Shown: positions 48,322-56,403 of the stretch, piece after piece
Numbering within the stretch: the first letter of the stretch is position 1
How the letters are laid out: the number at the start of each line of letters is the position of its first letter
Source: a virus
Strand: one strand, 5' to 3'
Length of the DNA: 64,000 bases
IMG/VR virus record: IMGVR_UViG_3300034092_003233
Span: 11,050-75,049 of that record
Notes under the pieces: model-generated
Told to the model about the DNA's origin: nothing
The model's database searches: none
The model's input: only the letters and a program-made list of their open reading frames with translations
Program-made: the position numbers and the translations under genes

Positions 48322-48977
48322 CGTGACTCCGCCATGAAAGAATTACCCGGCGATTGCCATTCAATCAATTGATCTGTATATCCCATCTTTTTCAATACTT
48401 CTTTCTTAGATGGCATATCAGATAATCCCATCATAAAAACTGTTGAATTAGATTGTTTTCCTGGCCATTCACAATAATCTCGGTTGAGTATTGCAATCTT
48501 TTTTTCTTTTATGTAATTAGTCATACATGCTATAAAAGTTTCATGATCAAATAGATTGCTCTGTGTTTGTCGAACTACATCACATTGCTGTATCCACATC
48601 TGAATAAATTCTAGGGTTTCACTGTTATAATTAAACCAAAGAGGAGATGCCTTTATCTGTCTCAACTCTTTTGCATCAGTAGAAGCCACACCCATATTAA
48701 CACCGAGAGAAGAAAATCCATCAAATATAGATGGTTCCTTTAGAATAAAAGTATCAATATCTAACCAAAGTATTGGTCTTTGTTTTTCTATTAATTTTTT
48801 GTAAATGAATTTTGGTTTAATTAAACAGTTATTTTGGTAAGAACCCTGAGATTCCAGATGATCTATTGAGTAAGGAATTCCAAATGATTCACACTCTTCC
48901 TTAAATCTTTTTGCGTGATCTGTATAATATGTTCTACCATCTACATCACAAAAATAACTTATCACAAGTGTTTGCAT
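48318..48977 (-). CDS. Nucleotide-diphospho-sugar transferase-like protein
   Basis: KPKFI...LWLDIDT (DxD), FDHE. Confidence 0.62.
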   Translation of the reverse strand: MQTLVISYFCDVDGRTYYTDHAKRFKEECESFGIPYSIDHLESQGSYQNNCLIKPKFIYKKLIEKQRPILWLDIDTFILKEPSIFDGFSSLGVNMGVASTDAKELRQIKASPLWFNYNSETLEFIQMWIQQCDVVRQTQSNLFDHETFIACMTNYIKEKKIAILNRDYCEWPGKQSNSTVFMMGLSDMPSKKEVLKKMGYTDQLIEWQSPGNSFMAESR

Positions 48978-48983
48978 AATTTA

Positions 48984-49385
48984 TTACTTTCCTATATGGT
49001 ATTTAGGAATCAATTCCCATTCTTTCTTTTCCTTAAAAGGAATAATCTTTAGTTGAGCAATGCTCAATTGGTTTGTTTTATACTTGTCGCTTATTGGAGT
49101 CAATAGACCCCATTCGTGTAACAATTTAACTATTGTATTTCTACGAGCAAGATCACTTTCACTTGTATCTGTTTCTAATCCATCTAGAGCCAATAGTTCT
49201 TTAAAATGAAGAATTGCATATCTTCCTCTCTTGTGAAGTATATGGCAACTTTGATACAACTTTTTATCTTTTTTGGAAGAAACTCCTATTCTTGTTAGAG
49301 TTTCTTTTATCTTGAGGAAGTCGTCTTCATTTTCAAATTTAATCTCTACACCATAACCTTCAAATATATCTTCCGTGTGTTTCAT
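48984..49385 (-). CDS. regA: Translational repressor RegA
   Basis: DDFLKIKETLTRIGV...LYQSCHILHKRG...HFKEL...KYHIG. Confidence 0.95.
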   Translation of the reverse strand: MKHTEDIFEGYGVEIKFENEDDFLKIKETLTRIGVSSKKDKKLYQSCHILHKRGRYAILHFKELLALDGLETDTSESDLARRNTIVKLLHEWGLLTPISDKYKTNQLSIAQLKIIPFKEKKEWELIPKYHIGK

Positions 49386-49454
49386 ATTAAAGCCATTTCT
49401 ACTAATAATACCTATTATGCCTTTTCATTGTTGGCACAGATATTTAGAATTTGG

Positions 49455-49853
49455 CTACTTTTGACGAGATGAACCACCACGGTAAGTTTGCTTCTTCAGT
49501 TCTTCTATGTCCTCCGGACTGAGAAGGTCTAATACCTCCTTGGAACGCTTATAAGAATAACCATATACTTCTTTCAGCATATCCAATAGTTCCATCATTC
49601 CATGTTCATCTTTTAGCCATTTGCTGTACCTCTTTCTCTGTCGTACAGATAACCGCAAGTAGTCAAAATGCATCTTTTTTTGAATTCCGGGAATGGAATT
49701 CATTTGATTGCACTGCATGATGGTATCTGGAAAATAAGAAAGAGAATGATTTATGATGTAAGGTGCATACTCTCTTTCTGAGGGATTATTATCCCCATCA
49801 AGGATCGGTTCCTTTGAGTAGTTAATAGCAGTTAAAAAGTCACCCAATTTCAT
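49455..49853 (-). CDS. gp62: Clamp loader small subunit (gp62)
   Basis: YAPYIINHSLSYFPD...RKRYSKWLK; synteny. Confidence 0.88.
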   Translation of the reverse strand: MKLGDFLTAINYSKEPILDGDNNPSEREYAPYIINHSLSYFPDTIMQCNQMNSIPGIQKKMHFDYLRLSVRQRKRYSKWLKDEHGMMELLDMLKEVYGYSYKRSKEVLDLLSPEDIEELKKQTYRGGSSRQK

Positions 49854-50788
49854 TTAAATTCACACCCCATCATAAGTTCAACGATACATGCCACTAAATT
49901 GATCTCCTGATCCGCGACAAATGCCGATTTGTATTGGTATTCCGCTAGAGCAAGAATGGCAGTTGGAATAGATCCGCTCTTTAAGTTTTCATATAAGCCG
50001 TCATATAACTTCCTAAAGATGTGCTGTGGATCATTGTCTATATTCGATACAACCCAAACTCTGGCTGCACTGAAGTCTTTATTCTTCATGTGATCCATGA
50101 GTTCTTTTATCTTTATATCCCCGACTTCGCTCAAGATACCAATGTCTATGATTCCAGCCGAGGAATACCTCTGCAACTCATTTAAAGTCCTTCTGAAGTC
50201 CGGGAAATGCTTTATAATGAGTTGTGTGAGAACTTTTTTATCATAACCAATCTTTTCTTCCTTTAGAATAAACTCACAACGAGAAAGGAAGTCTTTTGCC
50301 AATTGTGGCTTTTCTTTGATTGGAATAGAGAAGTCTATGCAAGTACAACGAGAATGAATTGGCTCAATGATTCGATTCTTATAATTACATGTCAGAATGA
50401 ATCGGCAGTTCTTTGCAAACTCTTCAATTGCGCCTCGTAGTGCTGGCTGGATTGATTGTGCATTTGAATAATCAAACTCATCTAGAATAACAACTTTCTT
50501 TGTATCGGACAAAGAAATGGTGGAAGCAAACTGACGAATTTTAGTTCGAAGCGTATCAATGTTACCATCTTCAGAGCAGTTAATGATAATCCAATCTGCT
50601 CCTAGTTGGTTACACAATGCTCGGGCAACACTTGTTTTACCCGTTCCAGCCTTTCCTGAAAGTAAAAGGTTGGGACATTCTCCACCTTTTACAATATCAT
50701 TGAATGTCTTTTTAAGAGAAGCAGGAAGAATACACTCATCAATGGTTTTTGGACGATATTTTTCTACAAACAAATTAATAGTATTCAT
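49850..50788 (-). CDS. gp44: Clamp loader large subunit (gp44)
   Basis: VEKYRP, GKAGTGKT, LDEFD, SRC; start at MNTINL after GGAG SD. Confidence 0.95.
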   Translation of the reverse strand: MNTINLFVEKYRPKTIDECILPASLKKTFNDIVKGGECPNLLLSGKAGTGKTSVARALCNQLGADWIIINCSEDGNIDTLRTKIRQFASTISLSDTKKVVILDEFDYSNAQSIQPALRGAIEEFAKNCRFILTCNYKNRIIEPIHSRCTCIDFSIPIKEKPQLAKDFLSRCEFILKEEKIGYDKKVLTQLIIKHFPDFRRTLNELQRYSSAGIIDIGILSEVGDIKIKELMDHMKNKDFSAARVWVVSNIDNDPQHIFRKLYDGLYENLKSGSIPTAILALAEYQYKSAFVADQEINLVACIVELMMGCEFK

Positions 50789-50801
50789 AATTAACTCCAA
50801 G

Positions 50802-50830
50802 AAAAAGGACGATTGGAAATCCAATCGTCC
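50802..50830 (-). terminator. Intrinsic terminator between gp45 and gp44
   Basis: Perfect 10-bp stem GGACGATTGG/CCAATCGTCC, 4-nt loop, followed by TTTTTC. Confidence 0.75.
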
Positions 50831-50852
50831 TCTTCAGACACATGGGATTTAC

Positions 50853-51545
50853 TCAGTTATGGTAACTGCTAGTCGATTCCAATGCAACCCAATACTTCAA
50901 AGAAATATCTTTATGGCTAAATTGGCTAATAGTGGACTTCGCAATCTTTACTTGATATTCACCCGGCAAGAACTTTAGATTTTCGATTCGGAAATCAAAC
51001 TCAAAATCTGCATCGGAAGTATTCTTTCCAAGTTCAACACTAAACTTGTTACATGTTGGATCGTTCTTGTCACAAACAACACCAATCAACTTATTCCCAT
51101 CTCCAGTTATAGAGAGGTGCGGTAGTTGCAGAACTGAAGACGCACGAACAATCTCATCAAAGATCGTTTCAGTCAAATCAAATTCAACAACAGCATCTGG
51201 CATGTTAATTGACTTGGTTGGTACTGTCAGTAGTTTGGGTTCAGAGTAGTAATAAGTCACGCTTGAACTATTATTACCAGAAATAATAACATGCTTATCG
51301 TTGAATACAAATTCAGGATCCTTGAACAATGAAACAGTTCCTAGAAACTTGTTCATATCCCAGATTCCAAACTCTACATCAAATGTTTCAGAAACATTTG
51401 CTTCTGCCATTACATTTTTAGCGGGAGCAACAGTAACAATCTTATTACCTGGCTTTACCAGAAGATTGGAATTGATTGAAGTAAAATTCTTTAGAATTGT
51501 AAGTGTTTGTTTTGAAATTTTTGTTGTTGTCTTAGTATCAGTCAT
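50853..51545 (-). CDS. gp45: Sliding clamp (gp45)
   Basis: TLTILKNFTSINSNL...FRIENLKFLPGEY...YWVALE. Confidence 0.93.
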   Translation of the reverse strand: MTDTKTTTKISKQTLTILKNFTSINSNLLVKPGNKIVTVAPAKNVMAEANVSETFDVEFGIWDMNKFLGTVSLFKDPEFVFNDKHVIISGNNSSSVTYYYSEPKLLTVPTKSINMPDAVVEFDLTETIFDEIVRASSVLQLPHLSITGDGNKLIGVVCDKNDPTCNKFSVELGKNTSDADFEFDFRIENLKFLPGEYQVKIAKSTISQFSHKDISLKYWVALESTSSYHN

Positions 51546-51727
51546 TGGTAATCCTCGTTTTCCATTTTATCCATAATATCATCAAAGTCAACTGTTCCAT
51601 GTTTTAAATCATCTAAAATACGACGAGTATCGTGTCTTGTGCCACGGCTTTTCTTTACCCGTGTCTTCTTGACTGTGCGCTTAAAATCCCGATTGTCTGG
51701 TTCTTTACCCTTGTAGTAATCTGACAT
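51542..51727 (-). CDS. Small basic hypothetical protein
   Basis: 61 aa, coupled to both neighbours. Confidence 0.55.
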   Translation of the reverse strand: MSDYYKGKEPDNRDFKRTVKKTRVKKSRGTRHDTRRILDDLKHGTVDFDDIMDKMENEDYQ

Positions 51728-52567
51728 TTAAAAATCCTCTATGTTTGTAATTAGATTCTTTAGTTTCTTTTCAATCATGTATGTCATGACTTTTGCTTTT
51801 GAGCCAATAACTGGTTTCTCAAATTGTTCGATAACCGCTTGCTCCAAATCACTAGGAATGCAAGACAGATCAATAATAGACTTGTTTCTGTCATAAAAAG
51901 GTAACTCTTGAATGCGGTTATTCACGATGTCATCCATAACTTTAGACATAACCTTGGTTGTAAGTCTCTTTTGAGATTTTTCTTCATTAACAAATGTGTC
52001 ATCATCCGAAAGGATGTTAGGCACACCATCAGAAGAATCTCCGCGAATGATATGCTCCAACAAAAATATCTTTGGATTATCGCTCTTAATGTATCCCTTT
52101 TTCAAGGGACTGTACTGGTAAACATTTTCAAATTGACCAAGTTGCATAAAATCTTTGTCATTAGACAAAATAAGTATCTTTTCCAACTTGTGATAATGCT
52201 TAGTCAACACAAAAATGATATCATCGGCTTCCGTTGTTTCAACTGTGATGTTTCTATACGGAAAAATTTCTTTAATTTCAGAACGAATAGTATGAAGACT
52301 GTTATAGATTGCATCCCAATCCATATCAGAATTTGACTGGTTCTTCTTTCTATTCTGTTTGTATTGTGGGAAGATTTTTTTCCTCCAACAATTACTAGAA
52401 TCATTACAAATTACGAGTTGCCCGTATTCCTCACGAAACTCTGAATTATATTTTCGATATGTGTTTAGAACCATATGCCTAATATAGTCTTCATTTAGTT
52501 CGGGATAATCTTTCATAGACTGAAAGATACTGGCTAAAATTATTTGGTTGTTATCTAAGAGTATTAT
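51728..52567 (-). CDS. rnh: T4-type RNase H (5'-3' exonuclease/FEN family) with non-AUG (ATA) start
   Basis: WRKKIFPQYK, EADDII, SNDKDFMQL, GDSSDGVPNI. The in-frame upstream ILLDNNQII carrying the first catalytic Asp is reachable only from ATA/ATT, after a GAGGTG SD. Confidence 0.88.
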   Translation of the reverse strand: MILLDNNQIILASIFQSMKDYPELNEDYIRHMVLNTYRKYNSEFREEYGQLVICNDSSNCWRKKIFPQYKQNRKKNQSNSDMDWDAIYNSLHTIRSEIKEIFPYRNITVETTEADDIIFVLTKHYHKLEKILILSNDKDFMQLGQFENVYQYSPLKKGYIKSDNPKIFLLEHIIRGDSSDGVPNILSDDDTFVNEEKSQKRLTTKVMSKVMDDIVNNRIQELPFYDRNKSIIDLSCIPSDLEQAVIEQFEKPVIGSKAKVMTYMIEKKLKNLITNIEDF

Positions 52568-52587
52568 AATTGCACCTCGTTATATTC

Positions 52588-52615
52588 ATTATAAAGAAAT
52601 AGTAATAAAAGTCAA
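52588..52615 (-). promoter_or_regulatory. Sigma70-type promoter TTGACT-N16-TATAAT (rnh)
   Basis: -35 at 52615-52610, -10 at 52593-52588. Confidence 0.72.
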
Positions 52616-52938
52616 TAATTATTTACCCACTGCTCACTATTGCCATCCGGTAGATACTTGTATATTTTACCATTAGTTGTATTAAACCACTCATCTCCAA
52701 TATTAGGATTCAACGGAACATCAGGACCCCAATAAAACTGAATGGGCTGTGAACCACCAACAAGTTGTTGCCATCCACCATTTTGGACATTATCCGGAGC
52801 CAAATCTCGTATTGTATTTGTGGCAACATAAGTTTTTCCCTGATAAAAAACAACATCTCCCGTTTGATATGTTATAACCAAACCAGATGCAGTTCTCGCT
52901 TTATAATTTCCCTTAAAATTAAATGAATTAACTGTCAT
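52612..52938 (-). CDS. Small protein with CBM5/12-like and fibre-knob motifs
   Basis: YQTGDVVFYQGKTY...W; PNIGDEWFNTTNG...QWV. Confidence 0.55.
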   Translation of the reverse strand: MTVNSFNFKGNYKARTASGLVITYQTGDVVFYQGKTYVATNTIRDLAPDNVQNGGWQQLVGGSQPIQFYWGPDVPLNPNIGDEWFNTTNGKIYKYLPDGNSEQWVNNY

Positions 52939-54062
52939 TTAAGTGCTCGGAGTAAAAGAACATTAGAATTAATGCGCCCATTTGGCTTAGTTTCCTTTGT
53001 CTTTATGTCCTTCCAATGGTTATTTATAGCACGAATACCATCATTTTTTGCAGACTTAATAAATTCATTTATCTTCTTAATTGTCTTTTCTTTAGAAGTT
53101 TTTTCATCATAGCCAATTAAAGTGGTTCCCTTTACTGTGATTCCACTTTTGCCTGGATCGGCATAATAAATTGATGCTTTTCGATTCTTAGTGTTGTAAA
53201 CAATAAGAGTAGAGCAACCAACAATTGCTTCTGGAAGAATTGATTCTGCGCCTGTAGTTTGATCGCGGATCATGTACTTCAATTTCTTTACTACTTGATC
53301 TGCCTTCTTTTTCTTTTTCTTTCTTGGCTTACGATTGCTCTTGGCAATTCCTTGTCTAACAATAACATGATCACGAATTAACTTGATGAAATCATGAAAC
53401 TTCTTTATTTGTGCCTTCTTTAGATGACTATAACCTTCCACCAAGTCTTTATTTTTGCCTGCAATTACATCCGACAGTTCCTTTATCTTTGGTTCCAAAA
53501 ACTCAATCATAAATTCGCAGTGCATTGCACTTGGTTGTTTTTCTTTTAGCCATTCTTCTGTTTGAAACTCCTTATATTTGGAATTATTGCCACACAAATA
53601 CATCATATAGTTGTCAATAATTAATTCCAATTCAGAACAAAGACTAGATGCATTCTTTCGCACCCTATCCCGCACAGAAATAGGGTTTTCTTCTTTAACA
53701 TCAGAAGAAATTGACTTTCCAAGATTGATTAGTTTTTCAATTGTTTCATCTACTTTAGCCTGAAAATCATCTGGCAAAATACAACCGCGATTTGCGGCTC
53801 CACATTTTGCGCCTATTGTTCTAAATTCAAATCGTTCTGTTCCAAGTTTTCTAATATATTCACCGTCTTTAATTTTTAACCGATCCACATACTCACAGAC
53901 GGCATTTCTATAATCTCGTTCTGTGTAACGAATATTATACCAATTTGCCGCAAGAGCAATAGACCAAGTAACTTTTTCATAATCAGAAAAATCCTCTGGT
54001 TTCCAATGCTTCCAGTTGGGTTCTTTGCCGTAAAAAATGTCTTCTGTATTTTTAGGTGTCAT
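52935..54062 (-). CDS. Conserved T4-like phage hypothetical protein
   Basis: 375 aa; ...VYNTKNRK...VKGTTLIGYD...NGRIN..LL C-terminus. Confidence 0.6.
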   Translation of the reverse strand: MTPKNTEDIFYGKEPNWKHWKPEDFSDYEKVTWSIALAANWYNIRYTERDYRNAVCEYVDRLKIKDGEYIRKLGTERFEFRTIGAKCGAANRGCILPDDFQAKVDETIEKLINLGKSISSDVKEENPISVRDRVRKNASSLCSELELIIDNYMMYLCGNNSKYKEFQTEEWLKEKQPSAMHCEFMIEFLEPKIKELSDVIAGKNKDLVEGYSHLKKAQIKKFHDFIKLIRDHVIVRQGIAKSNRKPRKKKKKKADQVVKKLKYMIRDQTTGAESILPEAIVGCSTLIVYNTKNRKASIYYADPGKSGITVKGTTLIGYDEKTSKEKTIKKINEFIKSAKNDGIRAINNHWKDIKTKETKPNGRINSNVLLLRALK

Positions 54063-55642
54063 GGCTTATAGAATACGAATATCGGTTCATATTTTATATA
54101 ACTTCCATCAACTTTGCAATAGTTTTTACACTTGGGAATTCCATTTTCATCCAACCTATTTTGCCCCGGCATAGATTCTAATGCCATCTTTAGTACACCT
54201 TTATATTGCATTCCTATACTTTCTAGGAATTCCTTAGAATCTTTCTCCAAAGGTAAATAATCTCCTCCTATTAGGAGGTCTGCAATATTCCATAAAAGAT
54301 ATCGATCATTTTTTAAATAATCATAACATGTCTGTAGTGTTGGCTTTAAAAAGCCATCTCTCCAAGAATCATATGTGCTAAACTTCTTGTAAGATTGTTC
54401 TGCATCGTCAGAATACGCCTCTCTGTTAAAATACGGAGGAGAAGTAAACACTAAATCAAGTTTTCCCTTGTATTTTTGAAACTGTGGATTATTTGATATT
54501 ACTTCTGATCCTTCACAATACACTTCGTAGGTATTTGTGTGGCTGAAGAATGGATTGGCTCTGTATGTTTTTTCGTTAAAGAAATCAGCCAATTTACCAT
54601 ATCTTGACCCCTCCGGTAAATGATTATCGGTGTTAGGATCAGTACCAATGTAATGCACAACCCTATCATCGCGCACAGCCATAGCACCCAGAATGCGACC
54701 TCCCCAACCGCTAGAAGGATCATATATGTGAATTGTTTCATTGGTTGTAATATGATTTGTAAATCTTTCATATAGGTACTTTGCGGTTAGCGGCGGGAAA
54801 TTAACAGCAACTTGAATATAGCCAATACGGAAAGAAGCAAAACCGGCAGGAAATACTCTTTCTCCCTTTTTGTAAATACGGATTGAATATACTTTATCAT
54901 CTTTTAGGTTCTCCGAATCAAATGTAGAATAATGTCTGTACGACATCTTTGGCTTCCACGCCAAGAATTGATCTTTTGTTATTTGTAAAATATCACTCTG
55001 CTGAATTTGAAAATAGCCCGTGTTAAGCCCATCACGAATGGCGACTTCCTCAAGCATGAAGTCATATCCCTCAAAAATGCTTGGATTACCAAAGAATGCT
55101 TCTAACCATTCTTCGCCAGAAGAGACATCAACGATTGAATATTTTGTATTATGCTTTATCGCAGAAAGAGCGTGTCGATAAAACGAATCTCTTCGCAAAT
55201 GACGAGTGGCACCACGAACAACTCTATCTTGGAATTTATTATCAGAAAACAAATCATAAACAGAATAGCCATTATCTTTTTCAGAATAATTGATTCTAGT
55301 TTTCATCATATTTGAAAACCATTGATCTGCTTCTCCACCTATTCTTGCTTTGTTAATAATAACATCTTCAACAGTACCATCGGTGTTTAACTCATCGGTA
55401 TGAGTAAAATTTGAAACTGGATATGTTGTCATTTTATTGAACTGATCTATAATATCCAGTTCATTTTTGCCTGTTCTTGGTGGACACCCATATGTGTCCC
55501 ATGAATGCAATATTTCTTCTCGCATCTTTTTTACCCAAACACCAAACTCTGCTGGTGTCATTGCAAGAAGGTCTTCGAAGAATACATTAATCTCCGAATT
55601 GATTACATGATCATTTCGTTCATAAAATCCGTAGTTATTCAT
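54059..55642 (-). CDS. Amino (N6A/N4C)-type DNA methyltransferase-like protein
   Basis: NFPPLTAK, YDPSSGWGGR (SAM binding), FTSPPYF (catalytic); start at MNNYGF with ATGA overlap. Confidence 0.75.
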   Translation of the reverse strand: MNNYGFYERNDHVINSEINVFFEDLLAMTPAEFGVWVKKMREEILHSWDTYGCPPRTGKNELDIIDQFNKMTTYPVSNFTHTDELNTDGTVEDVIINKARIGGEADQWFSNMMKTRINYSEKDNGYSVYDLFSDNKFQDRVVRGATRHLRRDSFYRHALSAIKHNTKYSIVDVSSGEEWLEAFFGNPSIFEGYDFMLEEVAIRDGLNTGYFQIQQSDILQITKDQFLAWKPKMSYRHYSTFDSENLKDDKVYSIRIYKKGERVFPAGFASFRIGYIQVAVNFPPLTAKYLYERFTNHITTNETIHIYDPSSGWGGRILGAMAVRDDRVVHYIGTDPNTDNHLPEGSRYGKLADFFNEKTYRANPFFSHTNTYEVYCEGSEVISNNPQFQKYKGKLDLVFTSPPYFNREAYSDDAEQSYKKFSTYDSWRDGFLKPTLQTCYDYLKNDRYLLWNIADLLIGGDYLPLEKDSKEFLESIGMQYKGVLKMALESMPGQNRLDENGIPKCKNYCKVDGSYIKYEPIFVFYKP

Positions 55643-56403
55643 GCCCCTACATTCCAAAAAAGTACAGTTCCTGTTCCGCGATGTTTCATTATAAATTCCC
55701 AAGCCTTTGCATCATATGTTGGTGCAGAGGGAAATGGTGGAAGAATTTTTGCAGGTTTATTAAAAGGAATATCACAATTATAAACCTTTGCTCTTCCATA
55801 ATTTCCTTTATGACCAACAGTGACAACATTAAATTTTGTGTTTGGCCATGCCAACTGTAATCCTCGCGTCAGAGTTCCACTTGAGCCAACAGTCCAAACT
55901 TCATCTGGAACCATTCCAATATTATATCTTGCAACTTTTATAATGCAAGCCAAAACATCAACATGATCACCACCAATTGGAATCAACACCCGATTCGTTG
56001 TATCTTCTTTTACATAATCTTTTGCTCGTTTTTCAGTCACACTGAGCATACCATTTGGAACCCACCGCATATCAGCACCAGAATTTATTGCTTCTTGTTG
56101 ATACGGATGTAGGTTATTCATATCTCTTTGAGCCATGAATATGACTGCTTTCTTACCATATTTTGCCGCAACTTTAGCAAAACTGATTTGTGCATATCCA
56201 GTAGCAGGAGAACTACCATATACAAATTCCTTATATGGCCATGTCTTGATCATGTTGTCTATAAACCGCATCTTTGAACCACCACCAAGAAGGTCATCCC
56301 TAACAACAAAAATACCGTCTTCAACAGTAATGACAGGGAAAGGATTTGGATCTTGCCAATCCTGAACCGAATATAGAAAATCTTCTGCTGTTGCCAAAAT
56401 CAT
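55639..56403 (-). CDS. PLP-dependent fold-type-II enzyme (ACC deaminase/D-Cys desulfhydrase-like)
   Basis: VVRDDLLGGGSKMR (PLP Lys), VGSSGTL, PTYDAKAW, LFWNVG. Confidence 0.75.
   Translation of the reverse strand: MILATAEDFLYSVQDWQDPNPFPVITVEDGIFVVRDDLLGGGSKMRFIDNMIKTWPYKEFVYGSSPATGYAQISFAKVAAKYGKKAVIFMAQRDMNNLHPYQQEAINSGADMRWVPNGMLSVTEKRAKDYVKEDTTNRVLIPIGGDHVDVLACIIKVARYNIGMVPDEVWTVGSSGTLTRGLQLAWPNTKFNVVTVGHKGNYGRAKVYNCDIPFNKPAKILPPFPSAPTYDAKAWEFIMKHRGTGTVLFWNVGA

Noticed and set aside
49386-49454. Tiny upstream ORF (MKRHNRYY) and weak hairpin before regA
   Set aside because: Too short and weak to distinguish from chance; the nearby TCTAAATA is only a degenerate late box.
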